Source of the DNA: Limisphaerales bacterium
GTDB taxonomy: Bacteria > Verrucomicrobiota > Verrucomicrobiia > Limisphaerales > SIBE01
Assembly (NCBI GenBank): GCA_044225505.1
Contig: JBGAIN010000017.1
Span: 1 to 64,000 of the forward strand
Direction of reading: 5' to 3'
DNA: 64,000 nucleotides
The position numbers were made by a program, and so were the translations under genes. Position 1 is the stretch's first letter. Each line of letters opens with the position of its first letter. Below are positions 19,555 through 29,890 of this stretch, piece after piece. The notes beneath the pieces are model-generated. The model saw nothing but the letters and a program-made list of their open reading frames with translations. It had not been told where the DNA came from and made no database searches.

Positions 19555-21267
19555 ATGGCTGATTCTACCTCCCATCCCCTGCTGACTCTGATCAAGGAGC
19601 GTGCCCTGATCGATGATCTTCAGTACGAAGAAGTCGTTCAGGAACAAACGCGAACTGGCAAACCGGTTGGCCAAATCCTAAACGACATGGCGTTGGTTGA
19701 CACGTTTACGCAGCTCCAGTTAATCGCGGAACATCTTGGCACGGATACGGTTGAAATCCGCGAAGCGGATCTTACCCCGGAAGTTATCGCGACGATCCCC
19801 GCGGGCACAGCGCGAATGTACGAATGCGTGCCTGTGGCGCTTTTCGGGTCCACCGTGCAAGTGGCTTTTGCCGACCCCCTCAATCCAGAAGCAATTGATC
19901 AACTGGGTTTTACGATCGGGAAAGAAGTTCAAGTGGTCGTCGCGGATCCAAACCAGATCCGGAAAGCGCTCGACAAGTTTTACCCTGCCGTCGGCGACAG
20001 CGGGTTGAACGACATCTTGAAGGAGCTGGGCGGCGACGTCGATATCAGCAAGGAAGTCGCGCAAGCAGCGGCGGTCGGCTACAACGTTTCAGACCTGGAG
20101 AGCCTGGCCAACGAGACGCCAATCATCAAGTTCGTCAATCTAGTTCTCTTTCAAGCTGTTCAAGACCGGGCGAGCGACATCCACTTTGAACCATTCGAAG
20201 ACGAGTTCAAGATCCGCTACCGCGTGGACGGCGCTCTTTACGAAATGTCGCCGCCTCCCAAACACTTGGCTGTTCCCGTGACTTCCCGCTTAAAGGTCAT
20301 GGCGAACCTCGACATTTCCGAGCGTCGATTGCCCCAGGACGGTCGTATCGCGATTAACCTCGCCGGGCGCCAAGTGGACTTGCGCGTCTCCACATTGCCA
20401 ACGCAGTTTGGGGAGTCCGTCGTGCTACGCGTGCTCGATCGTTCGTCAGTGACTCTGGAATTGGAATCGCTCGGCTTTCCCAAAACGGTTTTCGATTACG
20501 TCACCGAGGCAATTCTTCAGCCAAACGGCATCTTCGTTGTTACTGGACCTACCGGCTGCGGTAAAACCACGACGCTTTACTCCGCACTGCGCCGAATCAA
20601 CTCGATCGACTCCAAACTGCTCACCGCAGAGGACCCAGTCGAGTATGACATCGAGGGGATCATGCAAGTGGCGATTAATGAAGGCGTGGGGATGACTTTC
20701 GGCAAGGCCCTTCGCTCGTTCCTCCGTCAAGATCCAGACGTGATCATGGTTGGTGAAATGCGCGATTTGGAAACGTCCCAAATTGCCATTCAAGCCTCGC
20801 TGACGGGTCACTTAGTGCTCAGCACGTTGCACACGAATGATGCCCCTGGAGCGGTGACTCGTTTGGTGGATATGGGGGTAGAACCGTTCTTGATCTCATC
20901 CACCCTCATGGCCGTCCTTGGGCAACGGTTGGTAAGAACGGTCTGCAAGAAATGCCGGACACCGTTTGAACCGACGGAAAACCAGTTGTCGTTGTTGAAC
21001 CTCTCTCCGCACGATATCGGCGACAAGGTGTTCTATTACGGACGGGGTTGTGCGACATGCAATGATACCGGTTACAAAGGGCGCAAAGGAATTTTCGAGC
21101 TGTTGATCATTAGCGAGCAGATTCGAGCGTTGATCAATGAACGAGCTCCGACGGTGGTAGTCCGCCAGAAGGCGGTCGAGCTGGGAATGGTGACACTGCG
21201 CGAAGATGGATTGCGCGGTATTTTTGACGGTGAGACAACGATCGAGGAAGTTTTGAAGTACACTTAA
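19555..21267 (+). CDS. pilB: Type IV pilus assembly ATPase (GspE/PilB family), copy 2
   Basis: [41 protein letters not shown]. Confidence 0.92.
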   Translation: MADSTSHPLLTLIKERALIDDLQYEEVVQEQTRTGKPVGQILNDMALVDTFTQLQLIAEHLGTDTVEIREADLTPEVIATIPAGTARMYECVPVALFGSTVQVAFADPLNPEAIDQLGFTIGKEVQVVVADPNQIRKALDKFYPAVGDSGLNDILKELGGDVDISKEVAQAAAVGYNVSDLESLANETPIIKFVNLVLFQAVQDRASDIHFEPFEDEFKIRYRVDGALYEMSPPPKHLAVPVTSRLKVMANLDISERRLPQDGRIAINLAGRQVDLRVSTLPTQFGESVVLRVLDRSSVTLELESLGFPKTVFDYVTEAILQPNGIFVVTGPTGCGKTTTLYSALRRINSIDSKLLTAEDPVEYDIEGIMQVAINEGVGMTFGKALRSFLRQDPDVIMVGEMRDLETSQIAIQASLTGHLVLSTLHTNDAPGAVTRLVDMGVEPFLISSTLMAVLGQRLVRTVCKKCRTPFEPTENQLSLLNLSPHDIGDKVFYYGRGCATCNDTGYKGRKGIFELLIISEQIRALINERAPTVVVRQKAVELGMVTLREDGLRGIFDGETTIEEVLKYT

Positions 21268-21283
21268 TCCATAAAGGTCAGCT

Positions 21284-22651
21284 ATGCCTAAGTTCAATTA
21301 CGTGGCGATGGATTCCCGGGGTAAGGAGACCAAAGGGACATTGGACGTCGCTAACCAAAATGAGGCGATTGGCCGCCTTAAAGAGATGGGATATTTTCCC
21401 ACGAAGGTCGTCGAAGCTGACAAGGTTAAGGAAAAGACGGATAAGAAAGGTGGCGCGAAGGCGCCCGCCCGCAGTGACGGGAAGAAGAAAAAGGGGATGC
21501 AGATCAATATCAAGATCCCCGGCTTTGGCGGCAAGGTAAAGCCCAAGGTTCTCACCGCCTTTACGCGCCAGATCGCGACGCTGGTCGATGCAGGTTTGCC
21601 TTTGCTGCGCGGGTTGCGTGTGTTGGAACGACAAGAAAGGAACGCCACGCTGCGTCGAATTATTGCCGATTTGGCGGTTGCCATCGAAGGAGGGAGCACA
21701 TTCTCAGAGGGCTTGGCCCAGCACCCCAAAGTGTTCAATCGCCTTTATGTGAACATGGTGAAAGCGGGAGAACTGGGTGGCGTGCTCGAAGTCGTGCTTA
21801 ACCGACTTTCCGAGTTCATGGAAAAGGCGCAGAAGATTAAGGGCAAAGTCGTCGCGGCCATGTTTTATCCAGCGGCGGTTATGACCGTGGCGGTGGTGAT
21901 CCTGGGCGTGTTGATGGTCTTCGTCGTGCCGAAATTCCAAACGATTTTTGCCGATCTCCTCGGTGGTGAAGATATGCCTGGCTTTACCCAGTTCGTGTTG
22001 AAGATCAGTAACACGATCAAAGATTACACCATCATGCCGGTCGATTGGGCTCCCGTTCCGATTCCAGGTCCCGTTGTCTGGGCGGTTGTCGCGCTGGTCA
22101 TTATTTTCAAGCTGGTAGTTCGCACCAAGATCGGACGCAAGCTCTTTGACAAACTGAAACTCAAGTTTCCCCTCCTCGGGCCGGTGGTTAGCAAGGTGGC
22201 TATTTCCCGATTCACCCGAACCCTGGGAACCTTGGTTAGTAGCGGTGTTCCCATCCTTCAAGCGCTCACCATTGTTAAGGAAACGTCCGGCAACGTGATC
22301 GTTGGGGATGCGGTGGCGGCGGTTCACGAAAGTGTGAAAGAGGGTGAGACAATCACCGCGCCTTTGGAGGCGTCGAGCGTATTTCCACCCATGGTGATCA
22401 GTATGGTGGACGTTGGCGAGCAAACCGGCGCACTGCCGGAAATGCTCATGAAGATTGCCGACAACTACGATGACGAGGTAGACAATGCCGTTTCGGCTAT
22501 GACCTCACTGCTGGAACCGATCATGATCGTGTTCCTCGCTGTCGTTGTCGGTAGCATCGTCATCGCTCTGTTCCTGCCTCTTATTACCCTGATCGACAAA
22601 CTGGGTTCCGACGCAGGGGGCGAAGGCGGAGGCAAGAAAGGTGACGAATAG
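21284..22651 (+). CDS. pilC: Type IV pilus inner-membrane platform protein (GspF/PilC)
   Basis: FTRQIATLVDAGLPL, AGELGG, FTRTLGTLVSSGVPI, GEQTG, LLEP. Confidence 0.95.
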   Translation: MPKFNYVAMDSRGKETKGTLDVANQNEAIGRLKEMGYFPTKVVEADKVKEKTDKKGGAKAPARSDGKKKKGMQINIKIPGFGGKVKPKVLTAFTRQIATLVDAGLPLLRGLRVLERQERNATLRRIIADLAVAIEGGSTFSEGLAQHPKVFNRLYVNMVKAGELGGVLEVVLNRLSEFMEKAQKIKGKVVAAMFYPAAVMTVAVVILGVLMVFVVPKFQTIFADLLGGEDMPGFTQFVLKISNTIKDYTIMPVDWAPVPIPGPVVWAVVALVIIFKLVVRTKIGRKLFDKLKLKFPLLGPVVSKVAISRFTRTLGTLVSSGVPILQALTIVKETSGNVIVGDAVAAVHESVKEGETITAPLEASSVFPPMVISMVDVGEQTGALPEMLMKIADNYDDEVDNAVSAMTSLLEPIMIVFLAVVVGSIVIALFLPLITLIDKLGSDAGGEGGGKKGDE

Positions 22652-22756
22652 TTCGTCCCTGATGGCACATCGTAGATCGCATCGGCGGCTGGCAAAGTCG
22701 CCGATGAGTGGGCGATGCGGAGGCGTCTGACACCTCCGGAGGACAGCGATGATCCG

Positions 22757-23380
22757 TTAGGGCTCTCCGCCTTCGTATTCCGCTTCGGCTGCCTTTAAGA
22801 AGGCAGCCATCGCCGCTAATCGCGGCTCGGCCATCACGCGCGCTTGCGGCAAGCTCAAGCCGTTAGGCAGTTGCGTGTAGCAGCGCCGAATTGTCTCTAC
22901 TGCCTCCCGGAACGTGGGAAACCGTGTGTCGCGACCTACTTTACTGATTGTGCGCAGCATGCCCACAGCACCGAGTTGTTCCAGAATGTCCGCCTCCCGC
23001 ACCAACGTGGCTTCATACGTGGTAGGCTGGCCCGATGGCATGTGCGTGCGAATCGCTTCTAGCACCGGTGCAATCTTCTCCACCGGAAAGCCAAAGCGGC
23101 GGAGCAGGTCTGGGGTCACGCGCATGGCGTAGGCCAAATGATCCCATCGCGCGAGTTCAGGCAGCGTTTCTGGCCGGTGTCCGACGAACACCCCGATGTC
23201 GTGCATCCAGGTCGCCCCGTAAACGACATCGTCATCGAACGGCCGGCCTGCCCCGAGCGCGGCGGCAATCTTGTATAGCCGTGGTTGATGACTAAACTTG
23301 TCTGGCGGAAGCGCCTGCGTGCGAATGTACGCTGCAATGGCACTTCGGTAGTCGGGATTTGTCATAGGCGTTCCAGGCAT
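22757..23380 (-). CDS. HD-domain phosphohydrolase
   Basis: H..R, WMHDIG, H, EADILEQLGAVG. Confidence 0.85.
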   Translation of the reverse strand: MPGTPMTNPDYRSAIAAYIRTQALPPDKFSHQPRLYKIAAALGAGRPFDDDVVYGATWMHDIGVFVGHRPETLPELARWDHLAYAMRVTPDLLRRFGFPVEKIAPVLEAIRTHMPSGQPTTYEATLVREADILEQLGAVGMLRTISKVGRDTRFPTFREAVETIRRCYTQLPNGLSLPQARVMAEPRLAAMAAFLKAAEAEYEGGEP

Positions 23381-23537
23381 TACCTGGAAACGCTGCCGCT
23401 GGCAAAGACCAAGTGGTAAGGTTGGAGAGAAACCCCGCTGGCCGGGAGTTAAAGGCTCGGCCAGGCGGCCTTGTTAGGGCGTACTGCCGAGCCCCAAGTC
23501 TTCTGCTTGCCGAGATCGAGGTCCGCGTCTTCGAACG

Positions 23538-23765
23538 TTAAACCCGTCGGAGCATCAGTCCAACAACAACGCCCAATAGCGCCGCAATCGCGACACTACT
23601 CCAAGCGTACTGATGAACGTATTCATCGGTCGTGCTCACCGCGACCCGAGATCGTTCCACCATTCGATTTGAGACGTCAGACAATTTGGCTTTGGCATTC
23701 TCGCCCATGCGATTCATAGCATCGGTCGCCTCTTCCAGTTTGTGCATCGGTTGATTCATGTCCAT
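23538..23765 (-). CDS. DUF883/ElaB-YqjD family tail-anchored protein
   Basis: TDEYVHQYAWSSVAIAALLGVVVGLMLRR C-terminus. Confidence 0.85.
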   Translation of the reverse strand: MDMNQPMHKLEEATDAMNRMGENAKAKLSDVSNRMVERSRVAVSTTDEYVHQYAWSSVAIAALLGVVVGLMLRRV

Positions 23766-23908
23766 ATGCTTCCTTTCGTTGAATAGAGTAATTTACACCA
23801 AAAAAGACGGTTTCGCATCCGCTCGCGATCCGTAATTATCGAGGACGCTTACCGGCTCCCGGTGGAGGTTGCCTTTCTCCTTTTCTACGGCTTGGTTTAT
23901 CCCATTAT

Positions 23909-25309
23909 ATGTCGATGTTTGCGGAGATTCGGTCAGTTCATTTCGTCGGGATTTGCGGGACGGCCATGGCGTCGGCCGCTGCCGCCATGCAAGATCGAGG
24001 GTTTCGCGTTACTGGCTCCGATCAAAACGTCTATCCGCCAATGTCGACCTTCCTCGCCGATCGAGGGATTGAGGTTATGTCCGGGTTTGCTGAAAAGAAC
24101 CTTGCGGGCAAACCCGATCTGGTGGTTATTGGCAACGCAATTTCACGTGGAAATGCGGAGGCGGAATTCGTGCTTGAGCACAAGCTTCGTTACTGCTCGC
24201 TGCCAGAGCTGCTCAAAGAGTTCTTCATTCGCGGCAAACGATCTCTGGTTGTCTGCGGGACGCACGGCAAGACGACGACGACCTCTCTTCTGACTTGGGT
24301 TTTCGAGCACAACGGATTGAACCCGAGCTATCTGATTGGCGGCATTCCGAACAATCTCAAGCAGGGCGCCCGTTTTACCGAGGGCGAGTGGTTTATTATC
24401 GAGGGCGATGAGTATGACACCGCTTTCTTCGATAAACGGAGCAAATTTGTTCATTACCTGCCTGAGGTTGCCATCGTGAACAACCTGGAATTTGATCACG
24501 CCGATATTTTCGAGAATCTGGGAGCGATTCAGACAGCGTTCAAACGTTTGATCACCCTCATCCCGCGCAACGGCCTTTTACTCGCCAACGGCGACGACCC
24601 TAATCTGGCGCCACTGCTGAATGTCACACACTGTCCAATTCAGCGTTTTGGTCTGGGGGAAGCCAATGTGGTCCGCGGTCTCCATCTCCACTTGAGCGCC
24701 ACGGCATCAGAGTTTGAAATCCCGGGCTTCAAGTTCCGCTTGAATTTGATTGGCGAATTAAACGTCCGCAATGCGCTCGCGGTCGTTGCCTGCGCCAAAC
24801 ATTGCGGGCTCACAGACCGGCAGATTCAGGCTGCATTCGATACTTTCGCGGGCATCCGTCGCCGCATGGAGGTTCGGGGCGTTGCCGGCGGCATTACTGT
24901 CATCGACGACTTTGGGCATCATCCCACCGCGATTCGCGAGACGTTGCGAGCCTTGCGCTTGAAATATGCGTCCCAGAAAATCTGGGCGGTTTTCGAGCCT
25001 CGTTCCAACACGACGCGCCGGAATGTATTTCAGAAAGAGCTCCCGCTAGCTTTCACCGACGCCGATGCTGTGGTAATCGCGGAGGTTGCGCGCTTAGAGC
25101 AAATCGCGGCGTCCGAGCGTTTAGACGCGAAGCAATTGATGACGGACCTGCTCGCGTTACCCAAAGAAAGCGCTTATCTCCCGAACGCCGATGCCATCGT
25201 CGCGCATCTGACCCAGCATGCCAGAAAGGGAGACGTCGTTTGCGTTTTTAGCAACGGCGGTTTTGGAGGTATCCACGACAAACTGCTCCAGCAGTTCCAG
25301 CGCAGCTAA
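23909..25309 (+). CDS. mpl: UDP-N-acetylmuramate:L-alanyl-gamma-D-glutamyl-meso-diaminopimelate ligase
   Basis: GICGTAM, YPPMST, GTHGKTTT, EGDEYDTAFFDKRSKF, FEPRSNT, SNGGFGGIH. Confidence 0.95.
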   Translation: MSMFAEIRSVHFVGICGTAMASAAAAMQDRGFRVTGSDQNVYPPMSTFLADRGIEVMSGFAEKNLAGKPDLVVIGNAISRGNAEAEFVLEHKLRYCSLPELLKEFFIRGKRSLVVCGTHGKTTTTSLLTWVFEHNGLNPSYLIGGIPNNLKQGARFTEGEWFIIEGDEYDTAFFDKRSKFVHYLPEVAIVNNLEFDHADIFENLGAIQTAFKRLITLIPRNGLLLANGDDPNLAPLLNVTHCPIQRFGLGEANVVRGLHLHLSATASEFEIPGFKFRLNLIGELNVRNALAVVACAKHCGLTDRQIQAAFDTFAGIRRRMEVRGVAGGITVIDDFGHHPTAIRETLRALRLKYASQKIWAVFEPRSNTTRRNVFQKELPLAFTDADAVVIAEVARLEQIAASERLDAKQLMTDLLALPKESAYLPNADAIVAHLTQHARKGDVVCVFSNGGFGGIHDKLLQQFQRS

Positions 25310-25331
25310 TCTCTTCCCGCATGATCTCGGC

Positions 25332-26510
25332 CTACTGAGTTCCCATCCCGACGCTCTGCACGGCCTGAAAGAGTTTGCCCTCGGTTTTGATGCTGGGGGC
25401 GATGATGAGTTCTGTCTCTTGAAATAACCGTATATTTCGCGCTCCCACATTACCCATGCTGGTCATGATTGCCCCGACCAGGTTTTGCGACCCGTCATCC
25501 ACGGTCGCCGGTCCAAAAAGGATCTGTTTGAGTGATCCGGTGATTCCCACCTTGATGCGAGTTCCGCGCGGCAAGTTCGCATGAGGTGTCGCCATGCCCC
25601 AATGATTTCCCTGGCCAGGAGCTTCTTGAGCTCGGGCGAAGGCGCTGCCGACCATGACTGCATCAGCACCGCATGCCAGCGCTTTGCAGACATCCCCACC
25701 TTTGCTCATTCCTCCGTCTGTAATAATCGGCACGTAGCGGCCCGTCTTCTTGAAGTGATAATCGCGCGCGGCGGCGCAGTCTACAGTCGCAGTTACTTGG
25801 GGAACGCCAAGTCCCAGGACACCTCGGCTGGTGCAAGCGGCTCCCGGGCCTACTCCGATCAGGATGCCAGCAACGCCGCAACCCATCAGGTCCAGCGTCA
25901 CATTATAGGTGACCGCATTCCCGACCAGAACTGGGATTTTTAACGATTTACAAAAGGCGGCCAGATCCAACGATTTGTACTCGGTGGAAATATGCCGCAC
26001 GGTTGAGACAGTCGATTGCACCACAAAAACGTCCGCGCCCGCTTCTTCGGCAATCGCCGCATACCGTTCCGCCTTTTGCGGGATGGAACTGACCGCGGCC
26101 AGGACGCCGGCCTGTTTGAGTTCCTGGACTCGCCGACTGATGAGCTCTTCTTTAACCGGTTCGGTGTAAATCTTCTGTATGAGCGTCGTGACCTCTTCTT
26201 TTCCCGCCTTCACGATCTTCTTGAGCATTTCGGCAGGATTCTCGTAGCGAGTTTGCACTCCTTCGAGGTTAATAACGCCGAGGCCGCCAAGCCGTCCCAT
26301 CTCGATGCAGAAATGGACGTCTGTGACGCCGTCCATAGCGCTGGCGATAATAGGAATCTTAAGGGAGATCGGAGGGTTATCGCCGCGGGGAATGAGAAAA
26401 GTGGTATCCACCTCGTTGGGGTTGATCGTCACGTCACCTGGGACGAGGGCGATCTCATCGAATCCGTAAGTGACGCGAGCTTTTCGATTGCGGCCAATCC
26501 ACATTCCCAT
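25332..26510 (-). CDS. guaB3: GuaB3-family IMP dehydrogenase-related protein
   Basis: YGFDEIALVP, ASAMDGV, LNLEG-like INLEGVQTRY, GVGPGAACTSR, DGG; lacks CBS domains. Confidence 0.88.
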   Translation of the reverse strand: MGMWIGRNRKARVTYGFDEIALVPGDVTINPNEVDTTFLIPRGDNPPISLKIPIIASAMDGVTDVHFCIEMGRLGGLGVINLEGVQTRYENPAEMLKKIVKAGKEEVTTLIQKIYTEPVKEELISRRVQELKQAGVLAAVSSIPQKAERYAAIAEEAGADVFVVQSTVSTVRHISTEYKSLDLAAFCKSLKIPVLVGNAVTYNVTLDLMGCGVAGILIGVGPGAACTSRGVLGLGVPQVTATVDCAAARDYHFKKTGRYVPIITDGGMSKGGDVCKALACGADAVMVGSAFARAQEAPGQGNHWGMATPHANLPRGTRIKVGITGSLKQILFGPATVDDGSQNLVGAIMTSMGNVGARNIRLFQETELIIAPSIKTEGKLFQAVQSVGMGTQ

Positions 26511-26591
26511 AGGTGACTCTCTTTCTTACTGTTTCAGTTAAACGGTTGATCAGGTTACATCAAACTACGCTCGTGCCAACGCTCTTTTTCG

Positions 26592-26816
26592 TCAGAAATT
26601 GAAAACCTCGTTCGCTTTGCCGCATTGCGGACAACGCGAACGATCGACATCAGCGTCGTCGGTATAAACAAACGCGCAGTTTACACAACGAAAAATATTG
26701 TCCTCGCTTGGCGTCGGTTCGAAGCGCTTGCGCCGCAGCTCGTAATACACAGCGGTCATAGACAGCAACGAGAGCGACCCAGCCACATACCAGAAGATTA
26801 AACTCGCTTCGCTCAC
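26592..26816 (-). CDS. Small membrane-anchored zinc-ribbon protein
   Basis: N-terminal TM; CVNC and CPQC. Confidence 0.75.
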   Translation of the reverse strand: MSEASLIFWYVAGSLSLLSMTAVYYELRRKRFEPTPSEDNIFRCVNCAFVYTDDADVDRSRCPQCGKANEVFNF

Positions 26817-26838
26817 ATCCGTTCCGTTCCCTTATTTC

Positions 26839-27594
26839 CTATCTCGCTTCTTTCCACTCTACGCCCGACCATTGAAATACCAGGTTACCAAACAAAATGC
26901 CGGCCTCGCCGGGGACCGGGGCGAACCGGGCTGACGCCGCAAACGCCAGTGCATCGCGATCGGCCTTGCCCACTCCGCAACTGGTCAAAAGTGCTGCCGA
27001 TACGGTCCTTCCATCGCTTCTGATCGAGACCTGGACAACACTGTTCGTCAGGATTGGTTCCGGTTGTTTTGGCAGCTTGGCCCCTGGGAGCAACGGTCGA
27101 GCAGCCAGAGCTCCCTCCAACCGGACGGTCGTTGCCGCCACGACGATCGGCTCAGCGGGACCTGGGTTAGCCAGCACCGGGTTGACCTGGTCCAGGGCCA
27201 CATCCTCAGACAGAAGGTTCGTTTGAACGTATTCACCAAAGTCCGCAGCCAAGTCGTCGGCTGGTAATTCGAGGCTGGGCACCGGTTCGCTGCGATTTGT
27301 CATGGTATAGTCCAAGCGCGAGATCCTAAGCCACGCTGCACTGGAGAACCCATGTTCTGAAACCAGCGCAAACGTGGTTGGATCAGGGAGTTCCAGGACG
27401 ACCCCAGGTCGGCGCCAGGCGCTTGAAGAAACCACCAGCCGGACGGGGATGTTCGGCGATTGCCGCACCGTCGTTACCCCGGGCAGTCGCGAAAACCACG
27501 AAGCAGCAGCTAAATGCGCTGTGTAAACCAGCAACGTCACCATCACCCATTGCCGGGCGGTCCATTTGCTCGGCGCCTCCCGCGTCGCGTTCAT
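26839..27594 (-). CDS. TonB/TolA-like energy transducer
   Basis: TM with His (TAHL), C-terminal VSIRSDGRTVSA..SCG..D..ALAFA..RF; follows exbB/exbD. Confidence 0.7.
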   Translation of the reverse strand: MNATREAPSKWTARQWVMVTLLVYTAHLAAASWFSRLPGVTTVRQSPNIPVRLVVSSSAWRRPGVVLELPDPTTFALVSEHGFSSAAWLRISRLDYTMTNRSEPVPSLELPADDLAADFGEYVQTNLLSEDVALDQVNPVLANPGPAEPIVVAATTVRLEGALAARPLLPGAKLPKQPEPILTNSVVQVSIRSDGRTVSAALLTSCGVGKADRDALAFAASARFAPVPGEAGILFGNLVFQWSGVEWKEAR

Positions 27595-28028
27595 CGTGAG
27601 GAGCTTTTCAGCGGTTGCACCGGTGGACGCACCACTAGCAAAGCGCTGCGCATCCCGACTTCACCCGCGAGGCTGAGCAACGGGGCGTAGGATTGGAGCG
27701 TCGCCGTTTTGTCCGCGACCACCTCGAGGGTCACAGGCTCTTTGGCCTTTTCCACATCTGCGCGCAGCCGTTGGCGTAAATCCACGAGATTGCTTACCGC
27801 CTGATTTTGGTAGTAGATCTGTCCGCTCCGGTCGACCGCGACCACCACACTCTTTCCGGGGATGCCTGGCAGATCGACGCCTGACTACGGCATTTCAATG
27901 CGCACTCCAGGCATAAACACGAGCTTCGACTGGAAAACGAGGTAGAGCAAAAGAAGAAACGTCACCCCGGCAAAGGGCGCCGCGTCGAGCTGCCCGCGGA
28001 AGATTTTGGCGTTGCGGGGCAGTCGCAT
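27591..28028 (-). pseudogene. exbD: ExbD/TolR family protein interrupted by an in-frame TAG at codon 48 (27885-27887)
   Basis: MRLPRNAKIFRGQLDAAPFAGVTFLLLLYL..GVRIEMP*SGVDLPG..VVVAVDRSGQIY..ADK; same frame on both sides. Confidence 0.8.
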
Positions 28029-28648
28029 TACAATTTTACCGCCAGATTCGTGACGATGTTCAAGATTTCCGTCGACGCTTTTTCCATGTCGAGCACGATG
28101 CTGTTTACCCGGCTGACAAGGTAGTTATAGCCGGCATAACTAGGAATCGCGATCGCCAGACCGAAAGCGGTGCAAACTAACGCTTCCCAAACTCCCCCAG
28201 CCAGCTGGGGACTATGGGCGTTCAATCCTTGCGCTTGGATATCCGCAAAGACCGTCATGAAACCGAGGACCGTTCCGAGTAACCCCATGATCGGCGCGAT
28301 CTGCGCAATCGTTGCCAGCAAGTTGAGCTTGTCCTCCAGTCGGGGAACTTCCAATAAGCCGGCTTCCTCCAACGCTTCCCGCACCCCGTCTCGACCGTTT
28401 TCACGATTCAGAATCGCCACCTTAACCAGGCGCGCCACGGGGCCAGGGGTGGCCTCGCAAATCGAGATGGCTTCAACGACGTTTTCGCGTTTTAAGACGT
28501 TGCGAACGCCATTCAGGAATTCCGCGGAATTGATTTGGGCACGGTGATAGTGGAGCAGTCGCTCCACGAACACGACGACAGCCACTGCGCTCACTAAGAG
28601 CAGCAGGTACATCATCGGTCCGCCGTGCTTGAGTAAGACGGGCAGCAT
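28028..28648 (-). CDS. exbB: MotA/TolQ/ExbB proton channel protein
   Basis: GGPMM, IAPIMGLLGTVLG, ALVCTAFGLAIAIP. Confidence 0.9.
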   Translation of the reverse strand: MLPVLLKHGGPMMYLLLLVSAVAVVVFVERLLHYHRAQINSAEFLNGVRNVLKRENVVEAISICEATPGPVARLVKVAILNRENGRDGVREALEEAGLLEVPRLEDKLNLLATIAQIAPIMGLLGTVLGFMTVFADIQAQGLNAHSPQLAGGVWEALVCTAFGLAIAIPSYAGYNYLVSRVNSIVLDMEKASTEILNIVTNLAVKL

Positions 28649-28833
28649 GGGGTTTTTATAGGGCTCAACTCCGTAAGTTCAAAGTGCAAAGTGACGAAAG
28701 CCCCGGGGTCGGGCAAGCCTTCACCAGGAATGCCCACCATGAAGCGAACCTTCTACCACCGGCCGACAGTCGAGTCCGCGCCCGATGAGGGTTTCTCCTT
28801 GATTCGTCTGGCAACTGCCGAAAAGCTTGCCGC

Positions 28834-29214
28834 ATGGATACGCCCGACCAGTTACGCGAATTGTTCCGAATGCAGAAAGCGTTGAATGAGCGGATCGGCG
28901 TCAAGACCGATAGAATGGCTCCGGACGAGCAAGTAAAGTGGCTGCTCAACTATTGTCGGGCGATGACGCAGGAGATTGCTGAATTGACGGATAGCGTCCC
29001 TTGGAAATGGTGGGCCAAGTATCAGAAGTTCGATCAACAGAACGCTCGCGTGGAAGTGGTCGACTTGTTTCATTTCCTGATTAGTGCGGCGCAGGTCCTT
29101 GGGATGAGTGCCGATGACGTTTTCGACGCTTACATGAAGAAGAATGCCGTTAACTTCCAGCGTCAAGAAAGCGGTTACGTTGCGAAGAACGAGTCGGATT
29201 CGAAACATATCTGA
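28834..29214 (+). CDS. Dimeric (all-alpha) dUTP diphosphatase
   Basis: EIAEL..WKWW, EVVDLFHF, YMKKNAVNFQRQESGY. Confidence 0.85.
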   Translation: MDTPDQLRELFRMQKALNERIGVKTDRMAPDEQVKWLLNYCRAMTQEIAELTDSVPWKWWAKYQKFDQQNARVEVVDLFHFLISAAQVLGMSADDVFDAYMKKNAVNFQRQESGYVAKNESDSKHI

Positions 29215-29237
29215 CGGCAATTCCGTTACGGAGATGT

Positions 29238-29870
29238 ATGCCCTCACAGCCTCAATCGCAGCCCACGGTGATTCAGGCCAGCGGACCGCTCCAGGCTGCC
29301 TTGCCGCTGCCTAGGCGGTGGAGAAAGGACATTGCCCAGGTCTTGATTTCCGAGAAGCAACTGAAAAATCGAATTCGCCAATTGGCCGCGTTGCTGACGG
29401 CCGATTTCACAGGGCGCGATCTCGTCATTGTGGCGCTTTTGAATGGGACAGTCTTGTTCCTGGCGGATTTAATCCGCCAGCTCTCCATTCCGTTGCGTTT
29501 GGATTTCATCGGCGTCTCCAGTTACCGAGAAGGAACGAACGCTCGCGAGTTGGTCTTCACGAAGGAGCTCCGCCTGGAAGTGCGCGCCCGCGACGTCTTG
29601 CTCGTCGATGACATCTTAGATACCGGAAAAACGTTTGAGGCGGTTCTAGCCAAACTGCGCCAGCTTCAACCGCGCGCCATCCGAACGTGCGTGCTTCTCA
29701 ACAAGCCGTCGCGCCGCGCGGCAAACGTGGAGGCCGACTACGTCGGTTTTGAGATCCCGGACCTCTTTGTGGTCGGCTACGGATTGGATTTTGCCGAGCG
29801 TTACCGTAATCTCCCGTTTATCGGAGTGCTGAAGCCCGAACTTTACCAGGTCCCGGCCAAAAGCGCATAG
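29238..29870 (+). CDS. hpt: Hypoxanthine phosphoribosyltransferase
   Basis: VSSY, VLLVDDILDTGKT, FVVGYGLD..YRNLP. Confidence 0.95.
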   Translation: MPSQPQSQPTVIQASGPLQAALPLPRRWRKDIAQVLISEKQLKNRIRQLAALLTADFTGRDLVIVALLNGTVLFLADLIRQLSIPLRLDFIGVSSYREGTNARELVFTKELRLEVRARDVLLVDDILDTGKTFEAVLAKLRQLQPRAIRTCVLLNKPSRRAANVEADYVGFEIPDLFVVGYGLDFAERYRNLPFIGVLKPELYQVPAKSA

Positions 29871-29890
29871 CGCTGTGTGTTAGGTGAGTT

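Noticed and set aside
18834..19595. Long antisense ORFs over pilT and other core genes
   Set aside because: Shadow ORFs expected in GC-rich coding DNA; no motifs.
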